Source of the DNA: an uncultured Candidatus Peribacteria bacterium
GTDB lineage: Bacteria; Patescibacteriota; Gracilibacteria; Peribacterales; Peribacteraceae
Assembly: GCA_964580035.1 (NCBI GenBank)
Contig: CAZOJC010000005.1
Span: 9,198-73,197 of the forward strand
Length of the DNA: 64,000 bases
Reading direction: 5' to 3'
Of the stretch, positions 41,376 to 49,066 are shown piece after piece. The notes under the pieces were generated by a model. The model had not been told where the DNA came from and did not search any database. It saw nothing but the letters and a program-made list of their open reading frames with translations. The first letter of the stretch is position 1; every line of letters starts with the position of its first letter. The translations under genes and the position numbers were made by a program.

Positions 41376-42170
41376 GTGAATCAAACTCTAAAGCCACCGG
41401 AAACGAATAACCAAGATACTATTGAAAGTTCAACTCCTCTACCAAAGATAGCTTCTTTCACTCGAGAAAATATTCAGCAGTTAACTTCTCCAGATGAATG
41501 GAGAAATGTCACTAAACTCTCTCATAAGATGAAGCACGAAATAATAGCCTTTCTAAGGCAACAATTTTATTCACTCGTGCCACGAAGGAAAAGCAGTGAT
41601 ATGCCATATAATTCAGAAGGATTTTACAAGGTCTCACCAAATTTACCGAAAATGAAATTCAAAGAATTAAGGACTATTCTCCTTCACCCAAGCAATGAGC
41701 AGGCAGTACTTGGAGCGTGGAAGAGTATGAAGGATGGAGGGAAGCCTGCGATTCTAAACTTCGATCCTAAAAGGGGTATTTTGGTAGGCGAGACTCATAC
41801 TTCAAACAATGACCGTGCTACTAAAGATCCAAATAAATCAGGTACCCACGGACGTGGTAATTTAGTCTATGACCCCCATGCACAGCGATTAGAAGGTATA
41901 TACTGTGATGGCAATGTTGAGGAGGAAGTGAAAAAATTAGGCCTAGATCTCATGACCATTGAAACTGCAAAAGCACATCTTTTGCCTGGCGATTTCCTGT
42001 GTGCTGATTTTCTGAGAGCGCCAAATAAAAGGGAAGCAGGAGACAGTGTTGTCGTGCTCTTGAGAAATGGAAGCGAAACTACTTTCCCAAGAGTGGGGCA
42101 TCGTACTCATATGTCTACTCTCGGATTCCGCGGTCAAATATGGATTACTATTCCTCCGCAAGCAGCATAG
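41376..42170 (+). CDS. Hypothetical 264-aa protein (GTG start)
   Basis: AT-rich ORF. No family recognised. Confidence 0.5.
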   Translation: MNQTLKPPETNNQDTIESSTPLPKIASFTRENIQQLTSPDEWRNVTKLSHKMKHEIIAFLRQQFYSLVPRRKSSDMPYNSEGFYKVSPNLPKMKFKELRTILLHPSNEQAVLGAWKSMKDGGKPAILNFDPKRGILVGETHTSNNDRATKDPNKSGTHGRGNLVYDPHAQRLEGIYCDGNVEEEVKKLGLDLMTIETAKAHLLPGDFLCADFLRAPNKREAGDSVVVLLRNGSETTFPRVGHRTHMSTLGFRGQIWITIPPQAA

Positions 42171-42254
42171 TCATGAACTAGTCATGACTTTCAATTGTCC
42201 CTTCTCAATCGTCTCTGCTATGCTGAGGTGCGTTTCTCTTCCCCACACATTTCT

Positions 42255-42593
42255 ATGAAGAAATTATCTCTACTCCTCGGCTCACTCGGAGGCGCGATGG
42301 CTGCCTACGTGTTTTCAAACAAGAAGCTCCGCCAAGAGCTTATGGCAGCAAAAGACCCTGAAGCAGCCGCCAAGATCATCGGCAAGCACATCTCTTCCGA
42401 TGGTGCCATCGTCGCCAAGGAAGTGAAGCAGTTTGCTCGTGAGCATGAGCTTGATAAGAAAGTAGCTGAAGGTAAAAAATATGTTCTCGAGACGTACAAA
42501 GATTCCCAAAAAGGCGTGAAGCAGTTTCTTACCACAAAAGTAAAAGAAGCGAAGAAATCTGTGAAGTCAGCCAAGAAGAAAATGGGCATGTAA
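42255..42593 (+). CDS. YtxH-like small protein (N-terminal TM helix, Lys-rich helical tail)
   Basis: Start at MKKLSLLLGSLGGAMAAYVFSNKKLRQEL. Followed by a terminator hairpin. Confidence 0.55.
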   Translation: MKKLSLLLGSLGGAMAAYVFSNKKLRQELMAAKDPEAAAKIIGKHISSDGAIVAKEVKQFAREHELDKKVAEGKKYVLETYKDSQKGVKQFLTTKVKEAKKSVKSAKKKMGM

Positions 42594-42639
42594 TTCGATT
42601 CTTTAAAACCGTTTCTCTGTAAGGGGAAGCGGTTTTTTT
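42504..42639 (+). repeat. Direct repeat copy 1 (3' end of the ytxH-like gene plus its terminator)
   Basis: 42504-42604 is identical base for base (101 nt, compared by hand) to 43321-43421. The following ~35 nt terminator is similar but diverged. Confidence 0.9.
42605..42639 (+). terminator. Intrinsic terminator of the ytxH-like gene (usable in both directions)
   Basis: AAAACCGTTTC...GAAGCGGTTTTTTT hairpin plus T-run. The reverse complement is also followed by TTTT, so it can serve the convergent NYN gene. Confidence 0.7.
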
Positions 42640-42678
42640 GATATAAAATCCTTTGACCATTTCCGTTCTCTTGCTATA

Positions 42679-43278
42679 CTAGAAGCAATCACGCCCGGGC
42701 CGCTCACGCGGCTTCGGGTTATTTTTTGCTTCAATATATGGCCGAAGAAGTTCCATGAAACACAGGAAAATAGCTCTCTTGCGCTCTGGAACTTCGTTAT
42801 ATTCTCTGCCGAGGCTCCCTTGCGGGAACACGAGGATTGCTTGCTTCCTGCGCGCTTTAAGCACATCGAAAATGGGGGCGTAATCTCCATCACCACTGAA
42901 CAGCATAAAGCATTGATAGCGATCTAGATTAAGGAGTATTTCTTTGGAAATCTCGACATCGAAATCGCACTTCCTGCGTAACACCGGCTCTTTGAGAGGT
43001 TTGCCTCCATGATCAGTAGCAAGAGGGACATACTTCACGTGTTTAGTTATAATGCGAAAGCCTACGGCTTCCGCCATATCCAAGAATAGCTTCGATTTTT
43101 TGTGCGTATCGGTACCGTGGAAGAAGACAATATCCGAAATGAGCTCATGATTTTTAAGAAAGGAATAGAGCTTAACAAGGTCGATGCTCCATCCATTCTT
43201 CCTCTGAGCATGGAAGATATTCGCCCAATCAATGAGAACGAGTGTATCTCCTTTAAGCCTAAAGAACGGATTACGCAT
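42679..43278 (-). CDS. NYN-domain (LabA/DUF88-like) putative ribonuclease
   Basis: Start at MRNPFFRLKGDTLVLIDWANIF. FFHGTD, CDFDVEI and the hallmark LFSGDGDYAPI motif. Confidence 0.8.
   Translation of the reverse strand: MRNPFFRLKGDTLVLIDWANIFHAQRKNGWSIDLVKLYSFLKNHELISDIVFFHGTDTHKKSKLFLDMAEAVGFRIITKHVKYVPLATDHGGKPLKEPVLRRKCDFDVEISKEILLNLDRYQCFMLFSGDGDYAPIFDVLKARRKQAILVFPQGSLGREYNEVPERKRAIFLCFMELLRPYIEAKNNPKPRERPGRDCF
42694..42729 (+). terminator. Plus-strand terminator-like GC hairpin plus T-run, embedded antisense in the NYN gene 3' tail
   Basis: CCCGGGCCGC-TCAC-GCGGCTTCGGG followed by TTATTTTTT. Confidence 0.4.
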
Positions 43279-43320
43279 GTACTGCCAGCGTACTTCAAGT
43301 AAGGAAGATCTGGAATCTAA

Positions 43321-43459
43321 TCCCAAAAAGGCGTGAAGCAGTTTCTTACCACAAAAGTAAAAGAAGCGAAGAAATCTGTGAAGTCAGCCAAGAAGAAAAT
43401 GGGCATGTAATTCGATTCTTTGTAAACCGTTTTCTCTGCAAGAGGAAGCGGTTTTTTTT
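43321..43459 (+). repeat. Direct repeat copy 2 (non-coding remnant of the ytxH-like 3' end plus a terminator variant)
   Basis: Same 101 nt as copy 1. It is preceded in frame by TAA, so it has no start. Terminator variant GTAAACCGTTTTCTCTGCAAGAGGAAGCGGTTTTTTTT. Confidence 0.9.
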
Positions 43460-43474
43460 GGTGTAATCTTCTTA

Positions 43475-44566
43475 ATGCTGGAAAGAATTGGCACGGGGAC
43501 ATATTCTATTCATAATACAATGCTATCTACTGCCGCCAAAAACAGAGAGGGAGTGCCTCAGAAATCAAACAACCTTTCTCAAGCAGTAGAAGGCGGAAAT
43601 TTGCAGGTAACTACTGAGTATTTAGAATTAGCATTTGAATTTTTATTAGCTCACCACAAAAAACAATATGAGTTATTAATGAATGAGTTTGAAAGACGAA
43701 TTGAGAAAAATAATAAATTATTACGAGCTGCAAATATCAATGTTCATGATCTCGCACACATGCAGTGGGTGAGTGCTCACGCGTTACTTTTCGGACTCTT
43801 TTTACGTGCATCAACACATGATGTGCTTATTTCTCCGCTAAAAAATAGATGTCTATTACCTGCAGCTCTTGGAGGCCTGTTTCATGATATTGGATATGAT
43901 TTCGAAGGGAGAGACCCAGCAAGTGTGTCAAAAGAACACTTGAAAGCACATCCAGAAATTGGAGCAGCACTATTAATGGAATATCTCGAATCCATGCCAA
44001 AAAAATATAGATTACCGTATGAACAAAGGACGGTTGCCCGAGATGCTGTTTTGTACCATAGCGGAGATTCTGAGCCGTTTAACCCAAAGCAATCAGAGGT
44101 AGCAGCGCTACTCATACGCCTTTTCGATAAATTGCAGCATATGCATACCCGTGTTCACGACGGGGCTGTACCCCATCAAATAAATATAATGAAAATTGAT
44201 AGGGATAAATATCCTCATCGCATAGTGCCATATCTCATTAGCGATATTATTATCACATTTCAGAGGCAAGCACCTTTCCTGTCTGTACGCTATGTTGTCG
44301 ATTTGGAATTTGCAAAAGGAGTGACGGGAAAGACGCAATATACACAAGAAAGCTTTAAATGTGATTTCTATAAAGCCTATCGAAAACATATTGAAGCTGC
44401 TGAAGAGGCGCTTCGACTCATTCTAGAAACATGCCTCGGTACTAACCTCAGCGACAGTGCAAACTTTTTTGAAATTATTTTCGATTTTGATCATCAGAAT
44501 CAAGCTCAAGGCAGTGGGTTGTATGGCACTTTTCAAACAAACACAGAATCAGACACCCCCCACTAA
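43475..44566 (+). CDS. HD-domain metal-dependent phosphohydrolase-like protein
   Basis: LGGLFHDIGYDFEG (HD motif), upstream SAHALLFG His, downstream HPEIGAALL, YHSGD and FDKLQHMH. Confidence 0.55.
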   Translation: MLERIGTGTYSIHNTMLSTAAKNREGVPQKSNNLSQAVEGGNLQVTTEYLELAFEFLLAHHKKQYELLMNEFERRIEKNNKLLRAANINVHDLAHMQWVSAHALLFGLFLRASTHDVLISPLKNRCLLPAALGGLFHDIGYDFEGRDPASVSKEHLKAHPEIGAALLMEYLESMPKKYRLPYEQRTVARDAVLYHSGDSEPFNPKQSEVAALLIRLFDKLQHMHTRVHDGAVPHQINIMKIDRDKYPHRIVPYLISDIIITFQRQAPFLSVRYVVDLEFAKGVTGKTQYTQESFKCDFYKAYRKHIEAAEEALRLILETCLGTNLSDSANFFEIIFDFDHQNQAQGSGLYGTFQTNTESDTPH

Positions 44567-44666
44567 ATTCTTGCGCTCTCCCCACTCTTGAGTAGAATAG
44601 ACGGCGGGCTCGTAGAAAATTCGTGAGAGGGTTCCCTCCTTGGTTCCCTTTCCTTCCGCAGTGCCT

Positions 44667-46301
44667 ATGAAAACCACTCTTCCCACACCACGATTCATCA
44701 TCATCACTGGCGGCGTGTGCTCCTCACTCGGTAAGGGGATAGCGACGGCATCCATCGGAGCCATTATGAAAGCAGCGGGCCTCACAGTATTCGTCCAGAA
44801 GCTCGATCCGTACCTCAATGTGGACCCGGGTACCATGAGCCCATTTCAGCACGGCGAAGTGTTTGTCACCGATGACGGCGCGGAGACAGATCTCGATCTC
44901 GGCCACTACGAGCGCTTCATCGATGAGCCCATGAGCAAGCTCTCCACCGTGACGACAGGGAAGATCTACACAGAAGTACTCGCACGTGAGCGCAAGGGAG
45001 ATTTCCTTGGAGGAACCATTCAAGTGGTACCGCACATTACCAATGCCATTAAAGACGCGATGAAGCTGGCTGCGCGAGAGAGCGGCGCTGAAATTATGAT
45101 GATCGAAGTGGGGGGCACGGTGGGGGACATTGAGGGAGAGCCTTTTTTGGAAGCCATTCGCCAGATGCGAAGTGAGATGGGCTCGCAGCGGCTCTTCCAC
45201 ATTCACCTCACACTCCTCCCGTACCTAAAAGGCTCGAAAGAGCTTAAAACCAAGCCCACTCAACTCTCCGTGCGAGAATTGCGGCGCATTGGCCTGCAAC
45301 CAGACCTCATTCTGGCGAGAGCGGACTACAAAATTCCCAAAGAGCTACTCGATAAAATCAGCACGTTCTGCGATGTCCCGCGCGAGGCCGTGATCCCCGC
45401 GCCCACGGTCAGTTCCATCTACGATGTGCCGCTCAACTATCAGCAGTACGACATTGCGAAGGTGATAGGTCGAAAGATGGGGCTTGGAGATCTCACACCA
45501 GACATGCGCGAGTGGGAAGAGGGGAGAAAGCGCTACGAGGAGGCAGTGGAGCCCGTGCGCATCGGCATTGTCGGCAAGTATACGTACCTCGATGATGCGT
45601 ACTTGAGCGTCATAGAGGCTATCAAGGCAGCAGCCGTGTTTCACTTGCGGAAGGCAGAGATCGTGTGGATTGATTCAGAAAAACTTGAAGAGAAAGACGA
45701 CGATCACTGGGCGAGGCTCAAGAGTGTGGCTGGCATCGTGGTGCCCGGCGGATTTGGTAGCCGTGGCATTGAAGGAAAAATTCTTGCGGCGCAGTTTGCG
45801 CGTACCAAAAAAGTACCCTATCTCGGCCTTTGCCTCGGCTCACAGCTCATGACGATCGAGTTTGCACGATTCGCGCTCGGAGACAATTCGCTCACGAGTG
45901 AAGAATTCGATGAAGAGTCCAAGCTCTCCAAAGAGCAGTACGTGGTGCACTTCCTCCCCGATCAATTTCGCGGCAAGCACATGGGGGGGACCATGCGTCT
46001 CGGCAAGTATGTGTGCACCCTCAAAAAAGGCACGAAGGCACATGATGCGTACGGCACAGACACCGTCTCAGAACGCCACCGTCATCGGTATGAATTCAAT
46101 AATAATTTCCGCGCCCCTCTTGAAAAATTGGGCTTTATCATTTCGGGCGAGTGGAAGGAAACGGGTCTTATGGAAATTGCTGAACTAAAAGATCATCCCT
46201 TCATGGTGGGCAGCCAATTCCATCCCGAGTTTCAGAGCCGACCTCATAAGCCCCATCCCCTCTTTAGGGCCCTACTCAAGGCTGCAGTGCAGAAGGTGTA
46301 A
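44667..46301 (+). CDS. pyrG: CTP synthase
   Basis: FIIITGGVCSSLGKGIA, DPYLNVDPGTMSP, GLCLGSQ (GATase Cys) and HRHRYEFN. Confidence 0.95.
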   Translation: MKTTLPTPRFIIITGGVCSSLGKGIATASIGAIMKAAGLTVFVQKLDPYLNVDPGTMSPFQHGEVFVTDDGAETDLDLGHYERFIDEPMSKLSTVTTGKIYTEVLARERKGDFLGGTIQVVPHITNAIKDAMKLAARESGAEIMMIEVGGTVGDIEGEPFLEAIRQMRSEMGSQRLFHIHLTLLPYLKGSKELKTKPTQLSVRELRRIGLQPDLILARADYKIPKELLDKISTFCDVPREAVIPAPTVSSIYDVPLNYQQYDIAKVIGRKMGLGDLTPDMREWEEGRKRYEEAVEPVRIGIVGKYTYLDDAYLSVIEAIKAAAVFHLRKAEIVWIDSEKLEEKDDDHWARLKSVAGIVVPGGFGSRGIEGKILAAQFARTKKVPYLGLCLGSQLMTIEFARFALGDNSLTSEEFDEESKLSKEQYVVHFLPDQFRGKHMGGTMRLGKYVCTLKKGTKAHDAYGTDTVSERHRHRYEFNNNFRAPLEKLGFIISGEWKETGLMEIAELKDHPFMVGSQFHPEFQSRPHKPHPLFRALLKAAVQKV

Positions 46302-47148
46302 TGCCAGCTGAAGCGAGGAGCGCTCTGATGCTGGGGAGAGCTTTTTGCGCTGCATCGTTGCCCGCATCGATGCACTCCACCGCTTTGTCGAACCGATACT
46401 GTCCGTACCGAATAGTCGGCTTGATGATGAGATCACACTCCGATCTGCTCCTCTCTTGCTCTCGTTCGCCTTCTTCGAGGAATTGTCGCCAGCTTGAGGG
46501 AAGAATTCTTCTAAACGAGTCGAATGACGCGTTGGCATCTGTGCCGATGAGTACAGTGGGGTGATACTGTTCTCGGAGTGAGCGAGCAGGAATCGAACCG
46601 AATGTGACGAGATCGACGAACGTATCGCCGTCAATGGAGACTGGCGAGAAGACGATGGGGATAGCGCTGCTTGCCATGATCGCATCGATGAGCAGTGTGT
46701 GCGAGGGAAAGACGTACTTCTCGATGCATGTTGAGGCGTACGACGCAAAGCCGTCTTGTAGGATGCGCTGCCACGCAATCGGCTCCTTCACCCTGCCTGC
46801 GATGCAGACAAATGGTATGTGGCAATCTCCAATCCTCGCAGTTCCGAGATATTCAGACAAGTGTTCGTGCAGACACTGACGAAAGATGCCCCCATGAAGA
46901 CCTCCAGACAGCGGAGACGTGCTCACGCGCGCGATGCTGAGAGGATGCAGAGATTCAGCAATAGTCCGCATGGTGTTACAAGAGTGTCCCATAGCGAAGA
47001 GAGCGCCGACGATAGCCCCCATGCTGCTGCCAGACACGTAGTCCGGACGGAATCCTTCCTGCTGCAGCACTTCCAGAATGCCAATGCCAGAAAGGCCCCG
47101 AGCGGCTCCGCCGGAGAGAGCAAGGCCCCATGTATGCGGTTGCTTCAT
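46276..47148 (-). CDS. Patatin-like phospholipase
   Basis: GLALSGGAARG oxyanion motif and GSSMG nucleophile elbow. The 3' end overlaps the pyrG 3' end by 26 nt (convergent). Confidence 0.85.
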   Translation of the reverse strand: MKQPHTWGLALSGGAARGLSGIGILEVLQQEGFRPDYVSGSSMGAIVGALFAMGHSCNTMRTIAESLHPLSIARVSTSPLSGGLHGGIFRQCLHEHLSEYLGTARIGDCHIPFVCIAGRVKEPIAWQRILQDGFASYASTCIEKYVFPSHTLLIDAIMASSAIPIVFSPVSIDGDTFVDLVTFGSIPARSLREQYHPTVLIGTDANASFDSFRRILPSSWRQFLEEGEREQERSRSECDLIIKPTIRYGQYRFDKAVECIDAGNDAAQKALPSIRALLASAGITPSALQP

Positions 47149-47229
47149 ACGGACGGGAGTGTCTCACACATAGTTTTCAGGACAAAGCAGATATTCTCCG
47201 CTACCCAAGACCTGCTGTTCCTTGGTAGG

Positions 47230-48198
47230 ATGACACTGATGAATCTTTCTCAGACGGTGTGCGGCGTCGCCTTTCAAAACCCTACCGTCTTGGCATCGGG
47301 CATCATGGGGGTCACTGCGAGTAGCTGGCGCTTTGCAGCACAAAGCGGTGCGGGTGCGATCACCACCAAATCGATCTGGCCTTTTGCTCACGCAGGACAC
47401 AGAAATCCGACGATTATTTCCACCGATCACTGGACGCTGAATGCCGTGGGCTTGCCAGATGCAGGGATAGAGAAAGCGAGAGAGGAAATCCTCGATTATC
47501 TAGGCAATAAGCCAGTGCCACTCATCGCAAACATAGTGGCCGATACCGTCGAAAATTTCGCCAAGTCTGCCGAAAACATAGCTGGTCTTAATCCTGATCT
47601 TCTAGAAGTGAACATCAGCTGCCCCAATGTTGAGAGTGAACTCGGTAAACCCTTTGCCTGCAGCGCAGTCGATGCTGCTCGTGTGACGAAAGCTGTGAAA
47701 GCCGTCGCAGGAACGCTTCCCGTTTTCATCAAGCTCTCGCCAAATGTAGACAACATCGCGTCGATAGCTGTTGCGTGCGCGAGAGAGGGCGCAGACGGCT
47801 TTACGCTCATCAATACAGTCGGCCCTGGCATGGCCATCGATCTGCGAAGCCGCATGCCAATTCTTGCAAACAAGGTGGGCGGGCTCTCGGGCCCTGGCAT
47901 TAAACCTCTCGCGGTCAAGCTCATCGCCGATGTGTATGCTGCCACTTCAGGGAAGCTCCCCATCATCGGTCTGGGAGGCGTGTATACCGGAGAAGATGCT
48001 CTGGAGCTCATGCTCGCAGGTGCGTCTCTCATTGGCATCGGAACCGCGGTCTATGACCGCGGCATCGATGTGTTTCAAAAAGTGTGTGACGAAATGCAGC
48101 TCTGGTGCACCAATGAGGGCGTGTGGGAGGTGTCTGACATGGTGGGGGGCATGCACTCGACCCTCAAAGCTTTCCGCTCTTCATCTCGCACACTATGA
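47230..48198 (+). CDS. pyrD: Dihydroorotate dehydrogenase, catalytic subunit (class 1B)
   Basis: Start at MTLMNLSQTVCGVAFQNPTVLASG. NISCPN, GGLSGPGIKP and GLGGV motifs. The upstream part of ORF 46819-48198 is antisense to the patatin gene. Confidence 0.9.
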   Translation: MTLMNLSQTVCGVAFQNPTVLASGIMGVTASSWRFAAQSGAGAITTKSIWPFAHAGHRNPTIISTDHWTLNAVGLPDAGIEKAREEILDYLGNKPVPLIANIVADTVENFAKSAENIAGLNPDLLEVNISCPNVESELGKPFACSAVDAARVTKAVKAVAGTLPVFIKLSPNVDNIASIAVACAREGADGFTLINTVGPGMAIDLRSRMPILANKVGGLSGPGIKPLAVKLIADVYAATSGKLPIIGLGGVYTGEDALELMLAGASLIGIGTAVYDRGIDVFQKVCDEMQLWCTNEGVWEVSDMVGGMHSTLKAFRSSSRTL

Positions 48199-49055
48199 GC
48201 ATTCCTCTCCAGAGCCGGCTCCCAAAAACCTACCCTATCGCAAGTATCAAGCAGGAAACGGAGTCTGTGCGCACCATTACGTTCAGAGGATCGCTCGGAG
48301 CTCGCCCGGGACAGTTTGTGATGGTGTGGTTACCAGGCATCGACGAAATACCGCTGAGCGTCGCGTACGACGACGGGGCTGAGACGAAGCTGACATTCTT
48401 TGCCGTCGGCGACATGACGCGGGAACTTGCCTCCCGAAAAGTGGGAGATCTCGTGGGACTGCGCGGCCCGTTTGGTACGTTCTATCAGTGGAAAGCCGGC
48501 CAGCACATCGCACTCGTGGCGGGAGGGTATGGCGCGGCACCCATGTACTTTGTGGCGAAAGAAACTGTAGCGCACGGATGCACGATGGAAGTGATCGTGG
48601 GGGCGCGGAGTCGTGAGCACCTTCTGTACCTAGAGGAATTAGAGTCACTGCCACACGTGTCGCTCCATGTGGCCACCAATGACGGCTCTGTGGGGTACAA
48701 GGGGTTTAATACAGAAATCCTCGAGAAGATACTGCGCTGCCAATCTGAATCGGAACATGAAGTGTGCCAGCGACTCAAGACAAATCAGCCCATCGACCAA
48801 GTGTTCGCGTGCGGACCTGAGATGATGCTCAAGCGCGTTTCCGAAATTACGGCAGATCACAAGATTCCAAGTCAACTCTCTCTCGAGCGTTACATGAAGT
48901 GTGGCTACGGCCTCTGCGGTAATTGCGTAGTAGACCCTCTCGGCATCCGCCTCTGCGTAGAAGGCCCAGTCGTCAATAACGACACTGCCCAAAAAATCAC
49001 AGAATTTGGCTCCTATCACCGAGATAGTGAGGGGAGGAAGCAGAAGTTTGGGTGA
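48195..49055 (+). CDS. pyrK: Dihydroorotate dehydrogenase electron-transfer subunit
   Basis: FAD/NAD-binding fold (RPGQFVMVWLPG, GGYGAAPM). C-terminal 2Fe-2S cysteines CGYGLCGNC...C. ATGA overlap with pyrD. Confidence 0.85.
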   Translation: MSIPLQSRLPKTYPIASIKQETESVRTITFRGSLGARPGQFVMVWLPGIDEIPLSVAYDDGAETKLTFFAVGDMTRELASRKVGDLVGLRGPFGTFYQWKAGQHIALVAGGYGAAPMYFVAKETVAHGCTMEVIVGARSREHLLYLEELESLPHVSLHVATNDGSVGYKGFNTEILEKILRCQSESEHEVCQRLKTNQPIDQVFACGPEMMLKRVSEITADHKIPSQLSLERYMKCGYGLCGNCVVDPLGIRLCVEGPVVNNDTAQKITEFGSYHRDSEGRKQKFG

Positions 49056-49066
49056 GGGATATCTTA

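Noticed and set aside
43317-43502. 61-aa minus-strand ORF, and 42305-42589 minus-strand ORF with the same C-terminal peptide
   Set aside because: Both are antisense artefacts of the duplicated ytxH-like 3' segment. Their similarity only reflects the DNA repeat.
46819-47229. 137-aa N-terminal extension of the pyrD ORF
   Set aside because: It is antisense to the patatin gene. The conserved PyrD sequence begins at MTLMNLSQTVCGVAFQNP (47230).
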